Assembly: GCA_030324005.1 (NCBI GenBank)
Contig: JARDVH010000025.1
Location: 51,751,537 to 51,815,536 of the forward strand
DNA from: Negaprion brevirostris
Lineage: Eukaryota
Reading direction: 5' to 3'
Length of the DNA: 64,000 bases
Shown here: positions 51,330-63,741 of the stretch, piece by piece
Numbering within the stretch: position 1 is the first letter of the stretch
How the letters are laid out: every line of letters begins with the position of its first letter
Position numbers and translations under genes: made by a program
The notes under the pieces: generated by a model
Databases searched by the model: none
Seen by the model: the letters and a program-made list of their open reading frames with translations, nothing else
What the model was told of the DNA's origin: nothing

Positions 51330-51518
51330 TGGAAGGTGGAATGTTTGTGGAGGCGGATTCAATAGGGTCTTTTAAGAGACTTTTAGATAAGTACACGGAA
51401 CTTAGTAAGATAGAGTGTTATAGGTAAGCCTAGTAATCTCTAAGGTAGGCTCATGTTCGGCACAACTTTGTGGGCTGAAGGGCCTGTATTGTGCTGTAGT
51501 TTTTCTATGTTTCTATGC
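51330..51518 (+). mobile_element. CR1 3' end
   Basis: VEADSIGSFKRLLDKY followed by the tail gggcctgtattgtgctgtagtttttctatgtttctatg. Confidence 0.8.
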
Positions 51519-54410
51519 ACATAACATCCTGGCTAGTGACCTTACCAAGACGATGTTCAGCAAGGGCTGTGCAGGAAGTGGGTGGAAGTGGCACAGATGC
51601 CTCTTGGCACTGAAATGACTTGATTAACATTAAAACTATCTGCATACACAGCACAATTCTGAGGCTGCAAGACCACTGTTTATTTAGAATTCATTATGCT
51701 ACTGAAGTAGGTTACTCCTGTACTTGTACTTTTTTTTTTACTGAGGTATAGAACTCCTGCATTCATAATTTACTGATTTAAAAATTGATTCACGCTATGT
51801 GCAGGTGACAATTAGGAGGGGTGAAAGTAATTGGATGTGGCGGGGGGATGGGGAGAAGGTGAGTAATGACCAGGAAATAGGTGAAGTGGGTCAGTGGGTG
51901 GTTGGGAGGAAGGCTGCAAAAGCAGGAAATGGATTGGAGGTGAACACCAATCTTCAACACTGCAGTAGAGCCAGGTGATACTCTCCTGTAACTTCCACCT
52001 CCACACTTAGGTAAATATTTTGTTTTAAAATGCACCTTCCAGCGATGGCAGTTGCTTTAAGGATCACTGGTTAGGACACTTGGGCATGGTCTCTCAAATT
52101 CAGCTGGCCCACAGCTAAGCATGCAATCAGAGCAGTTTAATTTGGCAAAGGGGATCTTAACCAGATGCTATGCATCCTATAGGGAAATACGATGGGCCTA
52201 ACACCTATTCTAAACTCAGGTCTTGTACATCCTTTGTTTTGTCCGCATCAATGTGGTGGATAGCACATTTACTAGTACAATGTGATCGTGTGTCGCACTT
52301 GACATATTGATGCTTGGCTGCCTATTTAGTGCCTCATACCTGGGCAGGCACCATCCAATTCTGTGAACTCTTTTGTTTCGGTCTGAACGTTGGACCCTTA
52401 GAGGATGAGAGGGGGGACTTAGTGGTAGGGGTTGGGGAAATGGCTGAGGTCTTGAATAACNNNNNNNNNNNNNNNNNNNNNNNNNNNNNNNNNNNNNNNN
52501 NNNNNNNNNNNNNNNNNNNNNNNNNNNNNNNNNNNNNNNNNNNNNNNNNNNNNNNNNNNNNNNNNNNNNNNNNNNNNNNNNNNNNNNNNNNNNNNNNNNN
52601 NNNNNNNNNNNNNNNNNNNNNNNNNNNNNNNNNNNNNNNNNNNNNNNNNNNNNNNNNNNNNNNNNNNNNNNNNNNNNNNNNNNNNNNNNNNNNNNNNNNN
52701 NNNNNNNNNNNNNNNNNNNNNNNNNNNNNNNNNNNNNNNNNNNNNNNNNNNNNNNNNNNNNNNNNNNNNNNNNNNNNNNNNNNNNNNNNNNNNNNNNNNN
52801 NNNNNNNNNNNNNNNNNNNNNNNNNNNNNNNNNNNNNNNNNNNNNNNNNNNNNNNNNNNNNNNNNNNNNNNNNNNNNNNNNNNNNNNNNNNNNNNNNNNN
52901 NNNNNNNNNNNNNNNNNNNNNNNNNNNNNNNNNNNNNNNNNNNNNNNNNNNCCCGCCCCTCCCTCCCCCTCACCCCTTCATCCACCACAATTCCCAATGA
53001 CAGGCAGGATGGGAAAATTCTCCCCCTCGTCTCTGAAATCAATCGAATGAACCTCCTCTGAACTGCCTCGAATACCACTACAACCATGCCTTGTATAGTT
53101 GCAGCAATAATTCCTTACTTTAATATTCTACTACTTCAGCTATAAATGCCAAGTATAAGACCACCATGTAGATACAACAGTTCTGGTTTACTGATATTAA
53201 TAACCACTCTGTTTTACTGAACGATTACACTCCAGCATACAGAGAACAGCTCTGTTTTACTGAGGCAGAACTCTTACTGTGTACTTATGACATAGTGATG
53301 GAAACACAGTGCTGTTTCACTGAGGCGTGATACTTCTTTACCTATTCAAAGAATGTTTACAACTATTTAAGACGTTTTAGACTTTGGTACGGTAGCTGAC
53401 TTTCATCCTGTCTTGGCAAAGTACGAAGAGTTTGATAGGGATGAAGGAAAGTTTGAAACATTGAATCATTTCAACAAGGAAGAAGATATTTATGTGAACA
53501 AGCAGAACCGTTCTGGACATTTACGAGTTACACTATGCCCTGGTGATGAGGCCCAATTCTGCTGGGGTTGGCTTGCTCATGACATGACTGACTGTGTTTA
53601 AACGACGAGAGAAATAGTTTTCAGACAGGGTGGTGAACGCTCCATTGTAAAATTACAAATTACAGACTTAAAATGGAGTCAAAAGACATGGAAAATTTCA
53701 AGATTTCTGTCTTGTGCTGAATGTAGGGAGTAGATATGATTCTGAGGACATTCATCTCCTCACCTGATATAATAATTACAGTTCAAACACATTGGGCTGA
53801 ATTTTCCATTTTTGGACAGGGACACCAATGTTGGGATCAAATCCAGGTCTCCCTGCACCATGTTGGGAATAGTCACTTGACACAAATGTTGCAGGATTTG
53901 CCATTGAGTAGTGGGTGGAATCACAGTGCAATCAAGGACAGCAGTGGGCTCCCAATGCCAGAGGGTCAATAGAAGGTTTTCAGTGTCGAGAGAGCTGCAG
54001 CCTGCTAATGCCGGTAAGGAAGAGAAAGAGAGTCTCAATATGGAGGTGCCATCTAAGTACTTTTAAAGTTACTGACATTAAAAATCGCCATCACTGCTAA
54101 GGCATCATTGTCGAGGGGTACCCCATCCCACCCTACATTACCCCCATGATAGTAATTTATAAATCAACTATAGGGGTGGAGTGTGGCCTTACTTAATTCA
54201 GCCCCATGTGTGTGTACTATTGTCTTCATTTTGGCGCCACTTGCAGATGTATTGCCACTTCACCTTTGACCCAACCTCTTTCAAAGTGACCAAGAGGCTG
54301 GAAGATGCTGACAAACAGGCACTCCGCTCTCACATGGCAACTTATCTGTCCGCCTCCTTCTGATCCCACTCTCATCCAGCTTCGGAAATCCAGCCTCTGG
54401 AAACTATACT

Positions 54411-54563
54411 GTAAGAAATCTCACAACACCAGGTTAAAGTCCAACAGGTTTATTTGGTAGCAAAAGTGGAATTTGCTACCAAATAAACTTGTTGGATTTT
54501 AACCTGGTGTTGTGAGACTTCTTACGTGCTTACGCCAGTCCAACGCTGGCATCTCCACATCAT
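54411..54563 (+). mobile_element. Short fold-back Penelope 3' end (54-bp arms) with TSD
   Basis: Arms 54411-54464 and 54472-54525 with 3 mismatches; tail ccagtccaacgctggcatctccacatcat; duplication aactatactgta at 54402-54413 and 54564-54575. Confidence 0.88.
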
Positions 54564-54606
54564 AACTATACTGTATGCAGGCACTGACAAAGGCAATTCA
54601 GTATTT

Positions 54607-54620
54607 CCACAAGATGGCAC
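54607..54620 (+). promoter_or_regulatory. Candidate CTCF site
   Basis: CCACAAGATGGCAC fits the CTCF core consensus, with an upstream ggcaattc resembling the U-motif. Confidence 0.45.
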
Positions 54621-55549
54621 TATCACCATGACTAAGTGAGAGTTCACTGCAGTATGTAATCCCCACTCGCGTGAAGAATGAGTGCTTTTCAGAGACTGTC
54701 AGTGATAACACTGCAGATGGTGCTCTTGCGTTGTGTAAGACAGAGGGCAGTAATCATTAGTCATAGTAATGCTGTCTAATGGCACATTAGAGCAGTATGT
54801 ATAACTCTCTTCTTCACTGTGTGCAGCTATGTTAAGCTGATCATCCATTTTGCAATTTTTTTAAATGTTGGCTCACCTTGCGTTCTGTGGAACTAAACCA
54901 CAGAGACAGTGATGAACAGAAATGGGATAACTGAAGACTGGTGAATCTGCTACCCATGCAGAATGTCGATCTTGCTCACGAGTATTAAGATCAGTGCACT
55001 ATGCCTCTCTATTTTCTGTTCCTATCATTTTTTTTTCTGCCATAAAGGTGTTTAAAATCTATGTTTGCTTTTATAGGTAAAGTGGAGACTACTTTGTCCA
55101 AAAGTACAGACTCCTGTCCTCAATACCCCTCTAATATCAAGATTTCCCTAATCAGTTCACAGAGAAATGAATCAAGCAGAATCCACTCACTTTACCTCAG
55201 GAAGTTCCTCATCCGAGGTGACCGATTGGCTCACTGTCAATGTCCATCCCCTGGTGAAGGAATGCGGTAAACTCCCAGAGTCTCAAAAGGGGTGAAAATA
55301 AAATAAATGATTGAACCATACAGGGGAAGGAATAATTAAGAAATGCCCTCCAAAAGCACTCCAGCTGACCTTCACATATTATTTATGTCAAGATTGCTAT
55401 TTTTGATTTTGACAGATAAATCTCCATAATTATCTTGATTTTGGTGCTGAAATGGTGATTTTATTTCCTTTGAAGTAACATGCCTGCACTGATTAATAAC
55501 TTCCATAGGATTCAGCACAGCAGAGATGAAATGGGGTAGGAAAGCACAA

Positions 55550-57540
55550 CACCCAGAAAGCTGAGATAGTTGGTGCGTTGGCTTCTAATTTTCCAGAATT
55601 CCTTAGATTCCATTACATTGGAAAATAGTGAATGTAACTCCTCCATTCGAGAAAGGAGAGAGACAGAAAGCAGGAATCTTGTACAGGCAGAGTGGCCCAG
55701 TGGTTAGCATTGCTCACAGCACCAGGAACCTGGGTTCAACTCCAGCCTCAGGGGTCTATCAGTATGGAGTTTGCACATTCTCCTGGTGTCTGCATGGGTT
55801 TCCTTTGGATGCTCTGATTTCCTCCCACAGTCCAATAACATGCAGGCTAGGTGGATTGACCATGCTAAATTGTCCCTTAGTGTCCAAAGATGTGTAGGTT
55901 AGGGGGTTTATAGGCAAATGCACGGGGTTATGGAGATAGGGTGGGCCTGGGTAATATACTCCATTGGAGAGTCAGTGCAGATCAAATGGCCTCCTTCTGC
56001 ACTGTAGGGATTCTATGATCTAGGCCAGTTAGCCTAACATCTGTTGTGGGAAAATTGCTGGAATCTATTATAAAAGACGTTATAGCAGGACACTTGGAGA
56101 ATTTTCAATTCAGTCAGAGTTAAACATGCATTTGTAAAAGCGAAGTCATGTTTGGCTAATTTATTAGAATTGTCCTGCATGCGTTTCCTCCTGTTTCCTC
56201 CCACAGTCCAAAAGATGTGTAGGTTACTTTGATTGGCCATGCTAAATTGCCCTTAGTGTCAGAGGGGATTAGCAGGGTAAATACATGGGGTTACGGGGTG
56301 GGATTATTATTGGTGCAGGCTTGATGAGCTGAAAGGTGTCCTTCTGCACTGTAGGGATTCTGTAATTCTTTGAGGAAATAGCAAGAGCAACATGGATAAA
56401 GGGAGACCTGTGCATAGTGTACCTGGATTTCCTGAAGGCATTTGACAAGGTGCAACATCAAAAGCTACTTCAGAAAATAAAAGTTCATGATGTCGGGGTG
56501 ACATATTAGCACAGATAGAAGATTGGTTAACTAACAGGAAATACTGAGTATGCATAAATGGGCAATTTTCAGCTTGGCAAGATGTAACCAGTGGACTGCC
56601 ACAGGGATTGGTGCTAGGGTTTCAACTGTTTATAATCTTTATCAATGACGTGAATGAAAGAACCTAATGAAAGGTTGCTAATTTTGCTGACACAAAGATT
56701 GGAAGGAAAATAAGTTGTGAAAAGGACATAAGGAATCTGCAAAGGGATAGAGATAGGTTAAATGATTGGGCAGTAAATTGGTAGATGGAGTGTAATGTGG
56801 GAAAATGTGAACATGTCCACTTTGGGAGGGAGATTGGAAAAGAAGCATATTATTTAATTGAAGAGAGATTACTGAACTCTGTGGTACAGAGGGATGTCCT
56901 GGTATGAGAATCACAAAAAAACACTGATTAGGATTGCAAATGAAATGTTGCTGTTCACTGCAACAGGAATGGAACATAAAAGTAGGGAAGCTTTGCTATA
57001 GTCATGTTGAGTGTTGGTGAGACCGTAACTGGAGTACTGTGTACAGTTTTAGGATCATAGAAGCATAGAATCATTTTGGTCTCCTTATTTAAGAACAGAC
57101 ATTGTGTATTATAAGTAGTTCAGAGAAGATTCACTTCAGTAATTCCTGGGATGAAATGTTTGTCTTACGAGTAAAGTTGGACAGATTGGGCCTGTATCTA
57201 TTGGAGTTCAAAAGAATGAGAGGTGATCTTATTAGGGTGTTTCCCCTTGTGACAGAGACTAGAAGTAGGGACACTATTTAAATTATGGGGTCTTCCATTT
57301 ATGATGGAGATGAGAGAAATCTTTTCTCGGGGGTATAAGTCTGTGGGATTCTTTGTCTTAGATCACTGAATACTTTTAAGGCAGAGTTAGATAGAGTCTC
57401 AACTAACAAGGGAGTCAAAGGGTAAAGAGGATGGGTAGGAAAGTGGAGTTGAGGCCACAATCAGGTCAGCCATGATCTTATCCAATGGCAGAGCAGGTTT
57501 GAAGGGTCAAATCCTGCTCCTAATTCCCATGATCATATTT
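55550..57540 (+). mobile_element. Decayed CR1 ORF2 to 3' end, interrupted by HE1 SINEs (55690-56018, 56175-56370)
   Basis: NVTPPFEKGERQKAG; ctggatttcctgaaggcatttgacaaggtg (LDF.KAFDKV); ggactgccacaggga; standard CR1 tail. Confidence 0.85.
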
Positions 57541-57781
57541 GTTCCTCTGGCTAAAACTACCTGCTGTACTTCCAAAAATACATTTAACTTGAAATATAAA
57601 CATACTATATTAACTTCATAAAACTACATATTCTATGTCTTTGCACAATATGTTCTGAATCTGCATTTGGGACAAATGGATATTCAAATGAGTTCACCTC
57701 AAGAACTATCCGTGTTTGGAAGTAATCGCTCCCCTCACCATCTGTTACATGCATAATTCCCTAACATTTTCACAAATTAAA

Positions 57782-59152
57782 GGGCAGAATTCTCCCAACC
57801 TGCCCCTGTGGTTTTGGTGGCAAGCAGGAGCGGGAGTCTAGTGGGAGCCAAATAGGCAGAAACTTGTCAGCACAAAATCGCATCGCAATGTTCCCAATGG
57901 CAGGTTGGCCTTCCTGCTGGCTGGTGGTAGAAACAACAGACGCATCTCAAAAATGCTCATTAACACAGCTGCCCTTCAGTGCCCCATCAGGCCTTCCAAT
58001 CTTGTGTCACGTCAGCATGAAATTAAGTCAATCTATAACCCAATTACTAAAGAGTGGTGTGTACAAGGCAGTTCTCAGTTTGCAAGAAACTTGGAAGAGA
58101 GTGTAACAAAGCCTTTCTGCCATTGTGCTGCGCTGTTCCTGATGTGTTGTGCAGCAGTCTGCCCAGGAAGACCTGTTCCTGTCCTCTACCTCCATGTTGA
58201 ATGGCCTTCACGGATAGCACTATGCTGCTGGACCCATGGACCCATGTGTGTCACCATTTCAGATTATTATTGCACCTGAGGTTGGGGAGTACAGGGGTCA
58301 TCATCTTACCCCTGGTGCCACACACCAGTGTCTATCTAGGTAGCAGTGAGCTACAAGACTCATGCAGTCACGAGTACAATGGTCCAAAGTTTGACAGGGG
58401 GCGGAATGCGAGGTGAGGCTCAGGTAACCCCAGGTGAGGTTATGGGTTGTGGCTTGACGAAGATTAGGGAGCCAATGTAGGAGAAAAGCTGTGCGGGGGG
58501 AGGGGGGGATTGCAAAGGCTGACAATGTGATGCAAAGGGACAAGGAGGTGATTGAAGAAGACAAGTAATGGAAGGTAGAGGGAAAACCAAGAGGACGGAA
58601 GCAGGAGCCCAACATGAGAAGCTCATAAACAAAGGGATATCACGTCACTGATTGGAAGGGGATACATTAAGACTCCAGAGGGTAGAGGTCCAAGTGTTGC
58701 ATGGACACCTTACAGGTGATGGGCTCGGCAAGGGTGGGAGTTGAATCAAGTAACAGATGACTTCTTGAGGCTGCTAGCCATTTCCTCTGGGTTGCTGACA
58801 TCCTGCACGATCTGACACAGACCAGAGAGAGTGATACAAGTGTGCTGGGCTGATGTTTAAATATGACTTTGGAATTTTTGAACCCACAAGCTGATAGCAG
58901 GTTGATGAATCCTGCCTGTTGCCAGGAGAGTCAGAAGGGAATTTGCCTGTGAATACTTAATAAGCTTCCAAGTGCAGAATCTGGCCAGTGGGAAAGGCGC
59001 CATAGGAGCTGCCTGCTACCGCACTGAGGGCGGGATTCACAGCCTTGCTCAAGCGAGGCCAGAAATTTCCGCCCAAGGTCAATGAACATTTGCATTGTCC
59101 ACCCTTTGCCCACTCTGATTCTGTGGTGGACGGGGCAGTAGAATTCTGGCCT
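57782..59152. mobile_element. Probable non-autonomous Harbinger element (57782-58986) followed by a MITE (59028-59152)
   Basis: Ends gggcagaattctcc…gcagaatctggcc and gggcgggattc…gaattctggcc resemble the MITE TIRs; the interior is decayed. Confidence 0.45.
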
Positions 59153-59461
59153 TAGTTTCAATAATGGAAAATTCTGCCGAAAGCGTTCAAATGCAGGACC
59201 TGTTGCTTGTTGGTGTCCAACAGAACACCTGCACCAGACCTAACACAGTGAAAGCCACAAAATAAACATTTCTAACATTTATAAAGATAGGATGGCACAC
59301 TGAAGAACTTGTAGCAATGTATCTTGTTGAAATGGAGCTAATAGCCTGCCCCTTGGTTTACTCTCATGACTAATGAGCCTAAATTTTGCTAGGCTGGCAG
59401 GGTAGGCTGACTTCACAAAATGTTCTGGTTAGCTCCTCCTTCTCACATTAATAAATGCCCT

Positions 59462-59521
59462 GATGTGGAGATGCTGGCGTTGGACTGGGGTGGGCACAGT
59501 AAGTAAGAAATCTTCTTACTG
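59462..59521 (-). mobile_element. Minimal fold-back Penelope 3' end with a 13-bp TSD
   Basis: gatgtggagatgctggcgttggactggggtgggcacagtaag…cttcttactg flanked by taataaatgccct (59449-59461 and 59522-59534). Confidence 0.85.
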
Positions 59522-61009
59522 TAATAAATGCCCTACAGAGGAAAAAAGTGTAAGAAGCTGAGCAGGTGATTGATAAATGGGACGGGATGGAGGAGGGGTG
59601 GGAAGGTTATCAAGCAAGACAGCCATTTAAGAAAACAAACTATATGAGGAGACATCAGGTATTTGTTCACTACATTTGGACCTCTTCTGCAAGAATTTAA
59701 TGGATGGCCAACAAGCTTTTCAGAGGATGAACACCATGAAATGGCTATGGAGTGTGTAGCTTTGGCCCCTCAACAGCAGTATGTCAAGGACTACGTAACT
59801 GCACTGTATCCTGGAGTACATGCTAACTTCACAGGCATCAGCTGAAGAGCCCTGGAGGACAGAGGGACTGGGGTCAGAAAGGTTTCGCTCACAACACATT
59901 GATTGGGGAATTTGTATCCTCAGGGCCCAATTTGCAAGTCTGTATATATCAGACTGGAGAGGCTGCAAGACTAGGTTGAGAGACACATAAAGGCAGTTGC
60001 AACAAAGTGCCTTGAGAATTACTTCAAACTGGGTCAGCAGTCAGGTTGAACAATGGGAAACTAAAAAGGTCAACATGAATTAAAACCTTGAATATCATAA
60101 AACATCGGAAGGAGTATCTCTGACAGAAATATTAATGAACGCTGCATGGCTATGCATGTTCTTAGATGTACAAATTTCCCTGAAATCAAGGGAGGTGGAT
60201 TTTAACCAGGATAGGAGAATCAAAGAGGAATGGATAATACTTCAACAGATGATGGTTCATTACCCCAGTTTCTCAGAAGGCTAGCATCATTTCCCCAGAG
60301 TAAGGTGAGAAATGGAGTTCAACTATTCCAGGTGCTATAAGGGAGACTGTATAAGTTCTGGAAACATTGTCACATCAATCTATCCAAAAGACTGGCCATC
60401 TAATGCTGCTAACATGCCATATATCAAAACAGCCTATATCACCTAAATTAATCTCAACAATTTACACCAATCTGAGATACTGATCTTGACTATAAATTGA
60501 TCAGGCAACCAGTTTTTGCTGAATTCCTGTTATATTATTGAACTGCCTTTTTAATTTATTTTAGTCATTGTTAGTTAACACCATTTTCCAATTCTCTCAC
60601 ACTCATTGGGCTGGATTTTGTATTTTTTTTATATTCTTTTGTGGGATGTAGCACCTGTTGACTAGATCAGTATTTGTTGCCCATCTTGAATTTCTCTCGA
60701 GAAGGTCATGGTGACTGCCTTCTTGAATCACTGCAGTCCAGTTCAGCGGTGAATGGTTAGAACCGGCCATTCGTTATTTCTTCACTTATCGAAACACTTT
60801 CTATAGATGTTTACAAGACAGGTTACTGTCAATCAACCAACCCAAAGAGGCTGCACCTTCTACAGGGGGTTAAATACTTGTGTGAACAGGACAAGCAACT
60901 GTGTCATCTTCTTCACCAATCAGATTGAATACATGGCAACATATTCAGTCCGTCACTGTACAGCTAGTAGTGTTGGACATTGTGTGGTTTTCACAATATT
61001 TAATTGTAG

Positions 61010-62965
61010 ATTACATAGGATTACATAACATGTACTGCACAGAAATAAGCTATTTGGCCCAAGAGTCCATACTGTTGTGTATCTTACAGCTGAGCCTCCT
61101 TCCATCTTTCCTCAACCAAAGCTACCACTCGAACCATCTATTCTCTTCCCTCTCAGATGATTGTCTAGCTTCCCCTCAAATGTATCTCTGGCATTCACTT
61201 CAAACACTCCTCAGGCAGTGATTCAAACTTTCCAACAATTCACCGAGTAGAGAAGTTCCTTCTAAATTCTCCACAGGATTTCTTGGCGACTGTTACACAT
61301 TACCGGCATCTAGTTATGCCTTTCCCCACAAAAAGAAACATTTTCTCTGTAACCACTCCATCAAAATCTTTTATAATCTTGAAGGTCACACCTGAGCCAC
61401 ATTTTCATCAAAGCGATCCAGTCTGAAGTTCCTTTCCCGACAATATGTCATCTCTGTCAATCTTCTTTGCATGCTCTCCAATGCCTCTGTATTCTTTTCG
61501 ATAATGTTGTGGCCACAATTGCAAGTGTGGTCTAACCAAGTTCAATACAGGTTTCAGAAAAAATTCCTCCCTTTCAAATTCTATCTCCCTAGAAATAAAC
61601 TATTGCATGTTTGTTTTATTTTGCGCCCTTGCTAACATGTGGCACGACTTAACAGCGACTGGTGTATTTATACTCCCAAGATCTCTTTTGTTTCTCTAAC
61701 CTACTTAGACTCACACATTCCAAGTGAAATGACCTCCCTATCTTTCCCACCAAAATGGTTGACCTTGCATTTATCTGTGCTGAACTTCTTGTACCAATTA
61801 CTTTTTGATTTGGTTTATTACTGTCACATGTATTAACATACAGTGAAAAGTATTGTTTCTTGCCCTCTATACAGAGGAAGCATACCATTCATAGGGAAGG
61901 AAACAAGAAAGTGCAGAACATAGTGTTACAGCCATAGCTAGGGTGTAAAGAAAGTAATGCAAGCTAAGTTCATTCAAAAGCCTGAGCAGCAGGGAAGAAG
62001 CTGTTCTTGAGTCGGTTGGTTCGTGACCTCAGACTTTTGTATCATTTTACTGATGGAAGAGGGCAGAAGGGAGAATGTCCAGGGTGTGCAGGGTCCTTAA
62101 TTTAGCTGGCTGCTTTGCTGAGGCAGTGGGAAGTGTAGACAGAGTCAATGGATGGGAGGCTTGTTTGCATGATGGATTGGGTCACATTCACAACCTTTTG
62201 TCGTTCCTTGCAGTCTTGGGTGGAGCAGGAGCCATACCAAGATGTGATACAACCAGAAAGAATGCTTTCTATGGTGCTACGGTGAGCGTTGTAGCTGACA
62301 TGGCAAATTTCCTTAATCTTCAGAGAAAGTAGAGGCATTGTCACTTGTCACTTCTACAAGTTTATTAATAACCTCTTGTAATTGGTTGCAGTCCCCAGTA
62401 TGGACTCTCTCTCCTATTTTGCTGCCTTCTGCAAATTTAGAAATTGTGTTTTTGATCCTAAAGTCCAAAGTGTTAACATAAGTAGTGAACAGCAGTGATG
62501 CCGGCACTGATCCCGGTGGAACACTACTTCTCACCTCTGCCATTCTGAAAATCCACCTTTTACTCCCACTCACCACTTTCTATCTGGAAACTAGTTTCAT
62601 TCTCTTACTTGTTCTCTGACTACATTTTCAGACTGTACTCATTTGTCTATTTTGTAGAGGTAGGATCATTGGATATTTTTAAGGCAGAGGTGGATAGATA
62701 AACTATTGACTAACAAGAGAATCAAAATGCATTATGGATAGGTATCTAATGGCGGAGCAGGCTTGAGGGGCTGAATGGCCTACACCTGCTCCTAATTCAA
62801 TCATGAATATATCCCTATTGTGGGGCACCTTAATGGAAGCTCTTTGAAAGTTCAAATGAATCTTGGCTACTGCATTGACATTGCCTTCTCGGTTATCTCC
62901 TCAAAAATTCAATGAAGTTGGTCCAGCAAGATTTCCCTTCTGTTATCCATTCACTATTATACTTN
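61010..62965 (-). mobile_element. Decayed CR1 interrupted by a Rex1/Babar 3' fragment (about 61800-62340)
   Basis: Rex1 peptide RSTIESILSGCITSWYGSC…QKVVNVTQSIMQTSLPSIDSVYTSHC; CR1 peptides SSVPPGSVPASLLFTTYVNTLD and EGKSCWTNFIEF. Confidence 0.8.
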
Positions 62966-63502
62966 NNNNNNNNNNNNNNNNNNNNNNNNNNNNNNNNNNN
63001 NNNNNNNNNNNNNNNNNNNNNNNNNNNNNNNNNNNNNNNNNNNNNNNNNNNNNNNNNNNNNNNNNNNNNNNNNNNNNNNNNNNNNNNNNNNNNNNNNNNN
63101 NNNNNNNNNNNNNNNNNNNNNNNNNNNNNNNNNNNNNNNNNNNNNNNNNNNNNNNNNNNNNNNNNNNNNNNNNNNNNNNNNNNNNNNNNNNNNNNNNNNN
63201 NNNNNNNNNNNNNNNNNNNNNNNNNNNNNNNNNNNNNNNNNNNNNNNNNNNNNNNNNNNNNNNNNNNNNNNNNNNNNNNNNNNNNNNNNNNNNNNNNNNN
63301 NNNNNNNNNNNNNNNNNNNNNNNNNNNNNNNNNNNNNNNNNNNNNNNNNNNNNNNNNNNNNNNNNNNNNNNNNNNNNNNNNNNNNNNNNNNNNNNNNNNN
63401 NNNNNNNNNNNNNNNNNNNNNNNNNNNNNNNNNNNNNNNNNNNNNNNNNNNNNNNNNNNNNNNNNNNNNNNNNNNNNNNNNNNNNNNNNNNNNNNNNNNN
63501 NN

Positions 63503-63595
63503 AGAATGCGCAAACTCCACACAGAAGGTCATTCGAGGCCAGAATTGAACCCGGATCCCTGGTGCTGTAAGGCAGCAATGCTAACCACTATGCCA
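63503..63595 (-). mobile_element. HE1 SINE head next to a gap
   Basis: gcatagtggttagcattgctgcc…gggttcaattc. Confidence 0.75.
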
Positions 63596-63741
63596 ATGTG
63601 CTGGAGTGGAGTGGGCACAGTAAGAAGTCTCACAGCAACAGGTTAAAGTCCAGGTGAGCCTGATGAAGGGCAGTGCTCTGAAAGCTTGTGCTACCAAATA
63701 AACCTGTTGGACTTTAACCTGGTGTTGAGAGACTTTTTACA
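63596..63741. mobile_element. Short fold-back Penelope end carrying a hammerhead core (63660-63690)
   Basis: cacagtaagaagtctcacagcaacaggttaaagtcca … CTGATGA-agggc-agt-gctct-GAAA-gctt … tggactttaacctggtgttgagagactt. Confidence 0.8.

Noticed and set aside
59640-60100. Coding-looking stretch (FTTFGPLLQEFNGWP…)
   Set aside because: Multiple stops, no splice signals and no identifiable family; probably a decayed element.
5340-63595. tRNA-like A/B box sequences
   Set aside because: All are SINE heads continuing into SINE bodies; none forms a full cloverleaf tRNA gene.
52314-63646. Longest ORFs in the track (190-244 aa)
   Set aside because: They consist mostly of X residues translated from N gaps.
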